Shown: positions 7,995 through 19,400 of the stretch, one piece after another | Numbering within the stretch: position 1 is the stretch's first letter | Layout of the letters: every line of letters begins with the position of its first letter | From: a virus | Lineage: Duplodnaviria > Caudoviricetes | Strand: one strand, 5' to 3' | Virus record (IMG/VR): IMGVR_UViG_3300027608_000010 | DNA length: 64,000 nucleotides | The notes under the pieces: generated by a model | Told to the model about the DNA's origin: nothing | Seen by the model: only the letters and a program-made list of their open reading frames with translations | Database searches by the model: none | Position numbers and translations under genes: made by a program

Positions 7995-10900
7995 TTACGC
8001 CTGTGCTTCTGTCCAAGATAAACGCGGTAAGATGTTTCCAGTTGCACTTAAACAAGTAGCACAAACAGTGATGACATCAGGACCATCTGGGAATTTACCT
8101 AATGCAGTAGTTGGCACAAGTGCGTTAGGTACACCTGATGTTGTTGGACCACCACCTAAGATATTAGTTCCAATATCTCGAACCAGTGTCAATTCTTGTT
8201 GTGTAACACCAGTTGTATTAGTAAAGAATGAGAACATACTTTCACCACCAGCAACCGTTTGTGTAATACCATGAACAGCATATTGTGCTAAACTTGAACC
8301 ACCTACTGGTACAAATGTACCTGCACTTGGTGAACCATTCAAGATAATATCAATACGAAACGCTACGCTTGTGTTAACGTCCATTTGTCGTAAAACTAAC
8401 TGCATGCGGTTAATAATTTCACGTGCACCTAACAAACCAGTTTGACCTGAATCAACGCTTGGGCTAACACGCAAACTAATTAATGGTACACGTTGATTTT
8501 GTTGTCCACTAGTAAATGCAAATGCTGTGTTAACACCTACGTTGAACACCAATGATTTATCATCATCATAACGACCATCCATAATAACTGAACTACCCCA
8601 ATGATTAATTGTAGTGGCAATTAGTGGACTATATAAACTAATTCTAATCGGAGCAGTAACACTGTATGTAAATGTTGTTGCCGCTGAACCACCTGTCTGA
8701 CCTCTAGCAGTGATTGTCAATGTAGTATTAGTTTTGGCGCTATATGTGATGTACTCAATAACTGCACCGGTAGCTCCGGATTGTGTTAAGTAAGCTGTAC
8801 CACTACTTGGCCATCTACTAAAATCTGCACCACTGATTGTTGCACCTGTAGTTGCGGCGCTTGCTAATGTAGCTGTTAAATATGTAGTAAAAGCAATAGT
8901 GTTTGTTTCATAACGAGTACACATATTACCTGAACGCATCCATGCTAGATAATTTAAGTTATTGTTAGGAATACGATGACAATACATAATGTCACCTCGA
9001 GTATTTCTAAATCCAAAACGAATCTCACCTGCACCATACCATGAATAGTCCATGTAGAACATTTGCATTTTTGTTAAGTCAAGATTGAAGCCACTTACAC
9101 CGGTGCCATTAGATTTATCTATATTCCATTCTGATTGTACAAATTTAGTATCAATTGTTTTACTGACAACTATATTGGAAGACGTTACACCTCTATATTC
9201 AGGATATATTTGCATTACTGTATCACTAGTAATACCCTGAACCAAATAACTTTGCCCACGAATAACTATGTAATCACCGGGTTTTAATTGATCAGAGAAA
9301 GTAGTTGCTGTTCCAGTAACAGCTTGACTTGAGTTAGTTGCCGCAACAACCCCACTTAATTGATATGTACTTGAACGTTTTACTACTGATATTGTTTGAC
9401 CGTCATATTCAAAGAACAATCCGTTTTGTTGGTCAAACATACCAATTCTATTAGAAGCATTATACCATAAATATGGACTTATGTATATCGGAAAGCCCGT
9501 AGCTGGTGATGCTGAAGGGGTTGATAATGCAGTATATGTGAACGACATTCGTGTAGGTACTGTGACAATAGTGAATATACCGTTATAAGCTGTTTGAGTC
9601 GCGCCAACTACTTGAATCTGTGCGCCAACTGCTAGGCCATGTGTTATTTTACATGTTACCGTAACTGTTGTACCACTAGATGTTATGGAATCTTGCCATA
9701 ATTGCGGCTTCAAAATTGTGCCAGTTGAAAACTGTAGACCCTTACCAGATTGATAACGGAAGTAACGACGGGTTTGTCGAATAACTTGATAGCCGTGTGT
9801 AGCATATCCATTACTAAATTGAACACCACCACTCCACGGACTATGTTCAACATAACCAGTTGCTCTTGCATAGAATGTTGCATTCAGTGTTGCGGTTGGT
9901 GTACCTGTTGCCGCTGTAGCAAAAGTAAATGTATTGTTAGTTGGTGTAGACACTACTACCACAGTAGTATTATTAATTGCTGTTACAGTACCAACACCAG
10001 TTAGGTATACATGATTACCAACTTGTAACCCATGTGCGTTTGTAGTAGTTACTGTACATGAACTAGCCGCAATGGCTGCAAATGCGCTAGTACCTGCAGG
10101 AATTACGGCACCTGTAAAGAATGTACCTGCAAATACATATGTTTTAGTAGCATCTATTAACGTAGCACTAATCATTGTTGGGGCAGTTAATGTAATATAT
10201 GTGAACACACCTGTTGTTGGGCTACTGGTGTTACAAATCCACCAGCCATCAGCATTACCCATGTCAAGTGTATTTTGAATAAATAATGTTTGACCTGCAG
10301 TTGGTATAGTCGCAGAGAATACGATTGTACCTGCAGTATTTGCTAACTGACTGATGATAGTAATTTGAGTCGCACTATCAATAGAAAGAATAGTTGTTAT
10401 ACCTGCACCAAATGCACCAGTACCACTAAATTTAGTAATAGCCATACCAGGATATAAACCGTTTACGCTTGCTAAACCAGTGATTGTTGAAACCGTAGTT
10501 GCACCAACAATTGTACCACCAGTAAACGATAACGCAGTTGCAGTAACAGTGGTAGTTGATGATGTTAATGTAGTTAATGGAATAGGAGCAGTTGGATCAT
10601 AGAATGCACTGGGACGATTATTAAGTAAGTTAATACTTTCCCATTTAGTTGGCTGCACCCCGTATTCAAAGTCAGTATCAATCAATGATTGCGGCATACT
10701 AACACGCATTTTACCTACTGGGTCCATTTGTGCTTCTGCTGGAGTTATTTCACTATATGTTTCTTCAACAATAATAGACAACTTATCTGTACTACTATGA
10801 CTTGACGTAGTGTACGCAGTAATGATTGTGGTTGTCTCTAATCCAGTTGTTGAACTTATGCTGTTAGTGATAGTAGCGGTTAAACTAGGATCGCTGAAGT

Positions 10901-11033
10901 TATAAATTACTGTACCTCTAGTTACGTTAGTAATCAACAACAATTGTTCTGCTCTGATAAATTTGCCCGAGACAACAACAGTATTGGTGCTCGGTGTAAA
11001 TGTATAGCTTTCTAATATTACGTGTTTTGCCAT
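7995..11033 (-). CDS. Large virion structural protein
   Basis: 1012 aa, Thr/Gly-rich beta protein. Motifs SLIDTDFEYGVQPTKWE and RQTRRYFRYQSGKG; repeated HGLxVGxxV (E1-FCCH-like) barrels. Confidence 0.75.
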   Translation of the reverse strand: MAKHVILESYTFTPSTNTVVVSGKFIRAEQLLLITNVTRGTVIYNFSDPSLTATITNSISSTTGLETTTIITAYTTSSHSSTDKLSIIVEETYSEITPAEAQMDPVGKMRVSMPQSLIDTDFEYGVQPTKWESINLLNNRPSAFYDPTAPIPLTTLTSSTTTVTATALSFTGGTIVGATTVSTITGLASVNGLYPGMAITKFSGTGAFGAGITTILSIDSATQITIISQLANTAGTIVFSATIPTAGQTLFIQNTLDMGNADGWWICNTSSPTTGVFTYITLTAPTMISATLIDATKTYVFAGTFFTGAVIPAGTSAFAAIAASSCTVTTTNAHGLQVGNHVYLTGVGTVTAINNTTVVVVSTPTNNTFTFATAATGTPTATLNATFYARATGYVEHSPWSGGVQFSNGYATHGYQVIRQTRRYFRYQSGKGLQFSTGTILKPQLWQDSITSSGTTVTVTCKITHGLAVGAQIQVVGATQTAYNGIFTIVTVPTRMSFTYTALSTPSASPATGFPIYISPYLWYNASNRIGMFDQQNGLFFEYDGQTISVVKRSSTYQLSGVVAATNSSQAVTGTATTFSDQLKPGDYIVIRGQSYLVQGITSDTVMQIYPEYRGVTSSNIVVSKTIDTKFVQSEWNIDKSNGTGVSGFNLDLTKMQMFYMDYSWYGAGEIRFGFRNTRGDIMYCHRIPNNNLNYLAWMRSGNMCTRYETNTIAFTTYLTATLASAATTGATISGADFSRWPSSGTAYLTQSGATGAVIEYITYSAKTNTTLTITARGQTGGSAATTFTYSVTAPIRISLYSPLIATTINHWGSSVIMDGRYDDDKSLVFNVGVNTAFAFTSGQQNQRVPLISLRVSPSVDSGQTGLLGAREIINRMQLVLRQMDVNTSVAFRIDIILNGSPSAGTFVPVGGSSLAQYAVHGITQTVAGGESMFSFFTNTTGVTQQELTLVRDIGTNILGGGPTTSGVPNALVPTTALGKFPDGPDVITVCATCLSATGNILPRLSWTEAQA

Positions 11034-11038
11034 TTTAA

Positions 11039-11464
11039 TTAATCTCCTAATGCGATGGTTGTCGCTGAAAACGGGTATTTGCGGGTTTGCACAGATTGAC
11101 TAGTGTTGGTAATCATTACAACTGCTTGGTCTCCCGGAGCCGGTGCGTTATAAATTATTAAATTACCATTACTTGTCACTCTAAATCCTTTGTATGAGTT
11201 ATATTCTACGATCCACGGATATGTCAATTCATTGACATATGGTGCTAAAATCTGACCATTCAATGTTACTTGAACATCTTTTGAATCTACTACTGTATTT
11301 ATGCTAGTTTGATCCTGCTTCAACGGAAACACTGCTTTTCTACCGTCAAATTGAGTACTAATATCATTACAAACAATGGGTAAGCTACCGCGAAAAAGCG
11401 TACCTATCGTTACTGTATTAGCTGATAAGTCTGTGCCTGTTGATTTAATTTTTGTTAGTGCCAT
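11039..11464 (-). CDS. Small virion structural protein
   Basis: FDGRKAVFPL..VQVTLNGQIL..IIYNAPAPGD variant of the FxGDG..LxxxP repeat seen in neighbouring fibre genes. Confidence 0.65.
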   Translation of the reverse strand: MALTKIKSTGTDLSANTVTIGTLFRGSLPIVCNDISTQFDGRKAVFPLKQDQTSINTVVDSKDVQVTLNGQILAPYVNELTYPWIVEYNSYKGFRVTSNGNLIIYNAPAPGDQAVVMITNTSQSVQTRKYPFSATTIALGD

Positions 11465-11478
11465 ATTTGTCCTTTATT

Positions 11479-14400
11479 TTATCTTACTGAAAGTGCCCCG
11501 GTTGGTGCTGTAAAATTAGCAGTGTATCTTGCAAATCCTTTTGTGATTCTTAAATCGTCTATGTAACCATTTAACAAACTTGTCATTCCGTTAGAGTCTT
11601 GTCCAACGTATAGAGAATACGGAACACTATAGTTTCTAGCGTCAGTGTAGGTTGACCCAGTTTGTGTCCCGTTAATAAATATTTTTGAACTTCCGGATGC
11701 TCTAGTAAGTGCTATATGATACCATATACCTGCGCTAGGTGACCAAGTAGCGTTGATAGCATTATTTACTGTAGGTGAAATATAATATGTCAAATTACCA
11801 GCAGTATTATTCCAAGTGATCCCCATACGATCAGATGTAGAACCTGTGACTGATAACCATACAATATCCTGTCTATTAGAAGTATTAGTAAAGTTAATCC
11901 AAAATTCAACTGTGAAGTCACCTGTACCAAACGCAAAGTTTGGTGTAGATGACAACATATTCAATGACTGTGTCGTTGCGTTAAAACTCATACTAGCAAC
12001 ATTATACTTCTTAACACTGGTGCTTAACTGTGCATTACCTACAGTCTCTAACACATTAGTAGAGTGTTGGTCAACTATGCCACCGTTATTGAAGTTCAAT
12101 AATAAACTTGATGGTCTTGATGTAGAATAATTACCTATTGTTTGTGTGGGTGGTATAAATGATGATGTGTACACTGCGGTGCCAATAACGACTCTTGCGT
12201 TAGAAATATAACCCATAAAATTACTGCCGCTACTGTGTTGACCAATTCGAATTGTTTCGGTATGATTATATAATGCAGCGCCAACACCTGTTGATGTGGC
12301 TGCAATAGCACCATTTTTATATAAAGTAATTGTTGTGCCGCTACGCACCATTGCAACATGGTTCCATGTGTTGGTAGTAATAGCTACTGTGTCAGTAGGA
12401 GTTGCTAGCCAACTTCCACCACTAGAACTAACTAAACCAGTTAACAGATTTGTTGTTGAAGCTACAACTATTCCAAATTCTGCATAAACAGGAGAACCTT
12501 GATAACCTTTTGCAATCAAAACTCTTTCACTACCAAGAGCACCGGTAAGGTTAAACCAACATTCAATAGTAAAATCGGTGTTTGCACCAATCCATTGATT
12601 AGTTGAATGCGTTACATCCAAATAATCCCCAGTACCATCAAAGTATGCACTGCCACCATGTGTGGTTGGGGTATAACTTGTACCACTCTGTGCGGTGTAT
12701 CCTAATGGGTTGAATTGTCTTGGCTTTACGTCGCCAGTCACGGTTATTGTAAATGCATTAGTACTGTTATCAATCATGGTAGTTGATTGACAAGTTAACA
12801 GTGAAACTTGTGAGGCAGTAGCACTTTGACTTGTGGTAGTCAATGGTGTAGTACTTGGTGTAAAACTAGTTGTATATAATCCAGTACCTTTAATTATACG
12901 AACATTACTTATAAAACCAGTGAAAAAATTACCTGTATCATCACTCACCCCTATTCTAAGGTCTTTGTTGGCACCATTATAAAAATATATTGTTGGGAAA
13001 GAAGCCATATTAAACGTAGTTGGGTCAGCTACTCCGTTGATGTAAAATGTTAATGTATTTCCAACTCTTACTAATGCAACATGAGTCCAAACGTTTGCAG
13101 AGATTGTAGTTGAACCGGTGAAGGTGTTAGTTTGAATTCCGGACGCCGCACCGGTGTATATAAATTGAAGAACATTTCCAGTAGTAATTCGCCAACTAAA
13201 TGCACCGCCGCCATTCCAATTATTTACTATACCTCTTTCAGTACCGGCTGTCATTGGGTATATCCAGCATTCAATAGTAAAATTACCCCCGCTGAATAGA
13301 AAAGGAGTATACTGTGCTATACTTAAATAATCCCCAGTACCATCAAAGTAATTGCTATAACTAATAGGTGTTGCTTCAGGCACACTACCGAATGGACTTA
13401 GTGCTTGTACTGAAGTATCACCGTTTTTAGTAATTGCAAAACTATTAGGTGAATTGTCAATTAATCTATTTGTTTGACAAGTTAATAAACTTGTATTTGT
13501 TATAGGTGTTAGTGGAGACGTAGGTGGGGTAAATGTCGAAGTGTATAATGCGGTACCTTTAAGTACACGAACATTAGAAATGTATCCCTGAACATAGTCG
13601 GTTGAACCGCCATTGCCTATCCAGACTGCATCAGTTACTGTTCCTATATTGCCAGACAACGTTGATGTGCCAACACTTGTTCCATTAAACCACAAAGTGA
13701 TACCTGTTCCAGATCTAGTCAATGCCACATGGTACCATTGGTTTGCTGCTAGTGTAGCTGATGTAGTAATTGCTCCTGTTGTTGCGCTATTATTAAATAT
13801 AACCCTCATTGTCGCACCATTGTTCATTTGAAACATCCAGCCATACACGCCCGCAGACGGATATTGTCCTACTAGTACTTGATAACCCGTTACTCTTTGT
13901 AGATATACCCAACATTCTACAGTAAAATCAGCTGTGAATTGAAATGCTGCATTTCCTGGGACACTCAAATAATCCCCAGTACCATCAAAGTAATTACTCC
14001 AACCTGTCACACTATAAGGACTAAATGTACCTTGACTTGTATTACCATTTCGTGTGATGATATTGTTGAATGGTCCGTTATCTATAATAGCTTGATTAGT
14101 TGCACCACCATTATATTGTAATGTTAGTAAACTTGTGTTTGTTATAGCTGTTAGTGGTGTTGTGCTTGGTGTGAAAGTACCTGTATATACTGCGGTACCT
14201 TTAACTATGCGTAAATCTGAAATATATCCGTTAACAAAACTATTATTAGCTCCAGCATTTCTGCCAATATTTAATGTATTAGGTGATGTAAAAGAGTATG
14301 ACACTGTATTAGTTCCAATACTAATACCATTTACATAACAAGTTAATGTAGTACCAACTCTACAAAATGCTATATGATACCAAACACTAGCAGTTAATGT

Positions 14401-16077
14401 TTGTGTAAATGCATATGAAGTTATTGTAGTTACAGTCGCTCTAATTTGTGTACTTTGAATACTGACTCCAAATTGTCCCGAAGAAGCACAATCTAACATA
14501 GAATACTCACCGGATGTTACTGCAACACTCAGATAAACCCAAAACTCAACAGTGAAATCACCTGTACCAAATGCAAATGCAGAATTCGATGGTATTGTTA
14601 AATAATCTCCAGTACCATCAAAGTATGTACTACCATAAGTACTGTAACTACTGTTTGCAGTGAATGGTATTGCAGGTGATATTAATGTATCCCCTGCTTT
14701 AGTGATTGTGAATGCGTTAGTAGATTTATCAATTAACCTATTACTTTGACAGGTTAATAAACTAGTATTTGTAATTGCAGTTAGTGGTGTTGTACTTGGT
14801 GTAAACCCACTACTGTATGATGCAGTATCACTAATTGCTCTGAGATTAGAAATAAAACCAGTATAATAACGTTGTCTATCTACACCAATAACTATTCCAG
14901 TAGAAGAATTTGGATTGGTTATTGTAGTAGTACCTGATAATGTTTGATTAATTCCATTAACATATATTGTGGTAACGCCAGCGGTGACTATCCATGCAAC
15001 ATGATTCCAAGTATTTAGTGATAATGCGTTAGCCGCAAGTGCTTGTTTAGAAGTGCCATCATACCAGGCAATTACTGGTTTGTTTGCGATATCCGTGCCG
15101 CAACTCCAGTTCATATTTGTACCCGATGCACCACTTGCATCTCCCAGCACAATATTAAAATAACCAGCTGCTGTTTGAAAAGTATTTTGATATAACCAGG
15201 CTTCAACTGTAAATGTTTTACCCGTTCCGAAAAAAGTTCCGCTTAAGAAATTGCCTGCTGCAGGTGTACTTAAGAAATCCCCAGTACCATCAAAATAATT
15301 ACTATAATATCCATCACCTTGATATGGACTAAACAATGTAGGTTTCGTATCACCTGCAATTGTCAATCCAAAACTATTTGTACTAGCGTCATTTATAAAT
15401 GGGGTTACTGTAGTTTCCCCATTCAATAATAATGTTGTATACTTAAAGTTAGAATCACCAAATGCAATATTAAGTGTAATCAATTGCTGTACGCTTTGTA
15501 ATTGTGCATCAGTTACAATAACAGTAAAACTATATGTGGTATCAGTTGTGAGGACACCACTTATAGTCCCTGTTAATACCCCAGTACTTGTTAATGAAAT
15601 ACCTGCTGGTAAAGTACTACCACTCTGTAATTCATAAGTTAACGGAGCATCACCTGCTACTACCAATTGAATATTAATTGTAGTAGTATCAGTAGTATAA
15701 CTAGATGTTGTCCAAGTTGGGAATCCACTAGCGGTTAATATATACAATGCGCCGGTATTGTTTGTATTAAACAATGTTAAAGTATATGATCCATTTCCTA
15801 TACTAGGAATTACTGCTAAAATTTCATTTGAACTAATAAGTGTAGAAGTTGCAATAGCTACTCCATTAAAATATAATGAATAACCGGACATGAATCCTAT
15901 GCCAAGTATTTTAATATAACCACCGGCATTTGATACAGCAGTATCAACAGTATTATCCAATGCAATATAATTGCTGTCAGTTATTATCACTTGTCTAATA
16001 ATAGCTGTAGCTGAATATGTGCTTGAAAGTGAGCTACTACTCGTGGTTTTACGAGTGCTAGCAGTTTTTATTGCCAT
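11479..16077 (-). CDS. Adhesin with IPT/Ig neck and six LamG (ConA-like lectin) modules
   Basis: Repeated YFDGTGDYL..FTVExW..WxHVA..R.G....YxNG..GYISNxR modules; N-terminal IPT-like plus putative-Ig segment. Confidence 0.85.
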   Translation of the reverse strand: MAIKTASTRKTTSSSSLSSTYSATAIIRQVIITDSNYIALDNTVDTAVSNAGGYIKILGIGFMSGYSLYFNGVAIATSTLISSNEILAVIPSIGNGSYTLTLFNTNNTGALYILTASGFPTWTTSSYTTDTTTINIQLVVAGDAPLTYELQSGSTLPAGISLTSTGVLTGTISGVLTTDTTYSFTVIVTDAQLQSVQQLITLNIAFGDSNFKYTTLLLNGETTVTPFINDASTNSFGLTIAGDTKPTLFSPYQGDGYYSNYFDGTGDFLSTPAAGNFLSGTFFGTGKTFTVEAWLYQNTFQTAAGYFNIVLGDASGASGTNMNWSCGTDIANKPVIAWYDGTSKQALAANALSLNTWNHVAWIVTAGVTTIYVNGINQTLSGTTTITNPNSSTGIVIGVDRQRYYTGFISNLRAISDTASYSSGFTPSTTPLTAITNTSLLTCQSNRLIDKSTNAFTITKAGDTLISPAIPFTANSSYSTYGSTYFDGTGDYLTIPSNSAFAFGTGDFTVEFWVYLSVAVTSGEYSMLDCASSGQFGVSIQSTQIRATVTTITSYAFTQTLTASVWYHIAFCRVGTTLTCYVNGISIGTNTVSYSFTSPNTLNIGRNAGANNSFVNGYISDLRIVKGTAVYTGTFTPSTTPLTAITNTSLLTLQYNGGATNQAIIDNGPFNNIITRNGNTSQGTFSPYSVTGWSNYFDGTGDYLSVPGNAAFQFTADFTVECWVYLQRVTGYQVLVGQYPSAGVYGWMFQMNNGATMRVIFNNSATTGAITTSATLAANQWYHVALTRSGTGITLWFNGTSVGTSTLSGNIGTVTDAVWIGNGGSTDYVQGYISNVRVLKGTALYTSTFTPPTSPLTPITNTSLLTCQTNRLIDNSPNSFAITKNGDTSVQALSPFGSVPEATPISYSNYFDGTGDYLSIAQYTPFLFSGGNFTIECWIYPMTAGTERGIVNNWNGGGAFSWRITTGNVLQFIYTGAASGIQTNTFTGSTTISANVWTHVALVRVGNTLTFYINGVADPTTFNMASFPTIYFYNGANKDLRIGVSDDTGNFFTGFISNVRIIKGTGLYTTSFTPSTTPLTTTSQSATASQVSLLTCQSTTMIDNSTNAFTITVTGDVKPRQFNPLGYTAQSGTSYTPTTHGGSAYFDGTGDYLDVTHSTNQWIGANTDFTIECWFNLTGALGSERVLIAKGYQGSPVYAEFGIVVASTTNLLTGLVSSSGGSWLATPTDTVAITTNTWNHVAMVRSGTTITLYKNGAIAATSTGVGAALYNHTETIRIGQHSSGSNFMGYISNARVVIGTAVYTSSFIPPTQTIGNYSTSRPSSLLLNFNNGGIVDQHSTNVLETVGNAQLSTSVKKYNVASMSFNATTQSLNMLSSTPNFAFGTGDFTVEFWINFTNTSNRQDIVWLSVTGSTSDRMGITWNNTAGNLTYYISPTVNNAINATWSPSAGIWYHIALTRASGSSKIFINGTQTGSTYTDARNYSVPYSLYVGQDSNGMTSLLNGYIDDLRITKGFARYTANFTAPTGALSVR

Positions 16078-16406
16078 TAGCTAATCTCGCTTCCAAATGC
16101 ATTGAAACTAACTGTAGCTGAATTTGCGCTACATGCAATTAAATCAGTAGTTGCTAATGTAATACCCAACGTCAATGTAATTGTATCGTTTGCTGGCACC
16201 GATGTGTTATAATTTATATAGTGTTTGGTTAATATGCTTGCTCCGGCTGGTTGAACTGCTATAGTAAATGTAGCAGTTGTCGCCGCTTGATTACAGATTG
16301 ATATTGTACTTATTACTGTTTGTGTACCTGCAGGAACTGTGTACAATGTTGTCATTGTACTACTTGAAGGATTGATTTGTCCTAATACTTTATATACGGT
16401 TGCCAT
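16077..16406 (-). CDS. 109-aa virion adaptor-like protein (YKVLG family, copy 1)
   Basis: 64/109 identical, without gaps, to 23677-24006 (hand count). TAATG coupling to the downstream adhesin. Confidence 0.8.
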   Translation of the reverse strand: MATVYKVLGQINPSSSTMTTLYTVPAGTQTVISTISICNQAATTATFTIAVQPAGASILTKHYINYNTSVPANDTITLTLGITLATTDLIACSANSATVSFNAFGSEIS

Positions 16407-16425
16407 GATTTATCCTATTATTCTA

Positions 16426-16433
16426 TATTTATT
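16426..16433 (-). promoter_or_regulatory. T4-late-like promoter
   Basis: AATAAATA in the 28-nt gap upstream of 16406. Confidence 0.55.
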
Positions 16434-16434
16434 C

Positions 16435-19400
16435 TTATTGAGTTACCATATTTGATGGTACAGTGAAGTTAGCAGTATATCTTGCAAAACCTTTAGTGAT
16501 TCTTAGTTCGTCTATGTAACCATTTAATACATTGTTACCATCATTTCCCCTACCAATATTAATAGTGTTAGTCAATGTAAAGTTATTGGTGTCAGCATAA
16601 GTGCTTCCTGTTTGAACTCCATTTAAATACATTTTTGAACTACCTGAATTTCTTACTAGTGCAACATGATACCATGTGGCTGCACTTAATGTAGTACCTG
16701 ATGTTATTCGATCTGCACCGTTCATATAATATCTTAGTGTAGAAGAACTGAAATACAATAACGGGGTTATACCAGTTGAACCTGATCTAGTATCAAATAT
16801 AGCGCCTACTGCACCTGATACAATATAGAACCATGCTTCAATAGTAAAATCACCGGTGCCAAAAACAAAGCCCGGGTTAGTTGGTATAGTTAAATAATCC
16901 CCAGTACCATCAAAATACATACTAGCTGAACCGTATTTTTTAACCTCAGTGCTTAACTGTGCGTTACCTGAAGTTTCTAATACATGTGAACCGTGTGCAT
17001 CAACTATGCCACTAGTATTAAAATTCAATAATAAACTTGATGGGTATGTAGCAGAATAGTTTGTTACTGTTTGTGTTGGTGGTAAAAAGGGTGTAGTATA
17101 TACTGCACGTTTAGTAACTCTAACATCACTCATATAACCATAGAAGGTTGCACCGACATTATCACCAAATAATCTACCAACTGTTATTACTGGTGTGCCG
17201 GAGATATTGGGTGTGGCTGAGTTTGTTAGTACAGATATACCATTCACATACACAGTATTTGTACTTCCTGAACGAACAAAAGCAATGTGATTCCAAGCAC
17301 CAATTGTTATAGGAGTATTAGTTGATGAGTAAGAGGTAGCGTTACCCGCAACCCAAAATGTTATATTACGACTTGTCTCTAAATAAATTCCAAAATTTGC
17401 AAGGCCGGAACTAGCTGTATTATTGATGCCTACTAAACCTGCTGATGCTGGAATACTTGTTGGATATGCCCAACATTCAACTGTGAAATCCCCAGGCATT
17501 GCGTTTGATGCACTTGCAGGTGTTGTTAGATAGTCTGTTGTACCATCAAAGAATGCAGAGCCACCATGTGTAGTAGGTGAATAATTAGCTGTTAATTGTG
17601 TTGTATATCCAAATGAATTGAATATTCTTGGTACTGTATTGCCGGCAGCAGTTATTGTAAATGCGTTAGTACTGTTATCAATCATGGTAGTTGATTGACA
17701 GGTTAATAAACTTGTGTTTGTAATTGCTGTTAATGGTGTTGTGCTTGGTGTAAATGTTGCGGTATATACTCCTGTGCCTTTTACCACTCGTAAGTTGGTG
17801 ATGAATCCAAGCATCGGATTACTAGAAAGATCAAATCCATTTATACCAATAACTGGTCTGCTTGTTGTGCCTACCACATAGTTATTGTTATCAGTGTAGG
17901 TGGTGTTAACTTGGGTACCATTTAAATACAATTTACCACTGTTTGAAATTTTTACATATGCAATATGATACCATGTTGATATCACCAGTGTGCCACCACT
18001 AGTAAGGATTGTTCCGGCTAATGTAAATACTTGTATTACACCGCCGGTAGTCACTTGTATAGCAAATCTTCCGGTACCGGTGGCATCTGCGCTATTCAAT
18101 GTGTCGTATATTGTTCTTGTTGCTGCCAAACTGGTAATATAAATCCAGCATTCAAAGGTAAAATCGCCGGTGCCCATAGTAAATTGAATTTGATTGCTAG
18201 GTAGTGTAAAATAATCCCCGGTACCATCAAAGAAATTACTATAACTAATAGGCGTTGCTTCACTTATACTACCAAACGGTGAGTAGGCTTGAACTGAAAC
18301 ATCACCTGCTTTAGTGATTGCAAAATTATTAGGAGAGTTGTCAATTAATCTGTTACTTTGACAAGTTAATAAACTTGTATTTGTTATAGGTGTTAGTGGA
18401 GACGTAGGTGAGGTAAATGCTGCGGTATAAAGTGCAGTACCTTTAAGTATGCGAAGGTTAGAGATATAACCAGTGAAATAATTAACAGCCCCAGTCATAA
18501 ATCCAATAGTTAAGTCTCCGGTATTATTTCCCATAGTAATAGTTAACGCAGTTGGACCAACAATAATTACGCCATTTAAAAATACTGTTATATTACCACC
18601 ACTTCGAACTGCCATAACATGATACCATGTATTTGTTGCTACTGTTACTACAGATATAAAGTTTTGATTTCCACCAGCACCGGCAGCAGGACTTAATGTC
18701 AATTGTATTTGATTGCTAACATTTATCATAAGTACGTATTGAGATTGTCTTGTTCCACTTACTCCATCTTTTTGTACAATAATTTGTTGAACCCCTAAAA
18801 CAGTTGCATAAAACCAGGCTTCGATTGTCCAATTAGGAGTACTAGTTGATAAATCCAATGCCGTATTGTTGGTAATACTTAGAGAATCCCCAGTACCATC
18901 AAAGTAGTTACTCCAACCCGTCACACTATAAGGACTAAATGATCCTTGTTTAGTATTTCCTGCTTTCGTAAGCAAAGTATTGAATGGACTATTATCTATA
19001 ATACCAGTACTGGTTGCACCACCGTTGTATTGTAGTGTTAACAGTTGTGTATTTGTAACTGCTGTTGGAGGAATTTGTGGTGACAAAAAATTAGATGTGT
19101 AAAGTGCAGTACCTTTAAGAATACGAACATTTGAAATATACCCACTGAAGTCTTGACTCCCTGGTCTAGAATCTCCTATTTTTAAATCATCAACTTGTGA
19201 AAAGTCAGTAGCGGTTGTTGCCGTACCCACAACAACGCCATCTAAGAATGCTTTAACAGAGGTACCTGAACGAGTTAATGCAACATGGTGCCAACTATTT
19301 AATGTTACAACAGTAGCATTTGTTACTGCGGTTGAAGTATATGAAAATTCTAGGTCTCCGGTACCACCGCCTATTCTAAGTTCCCATCCTGTAGTATTTG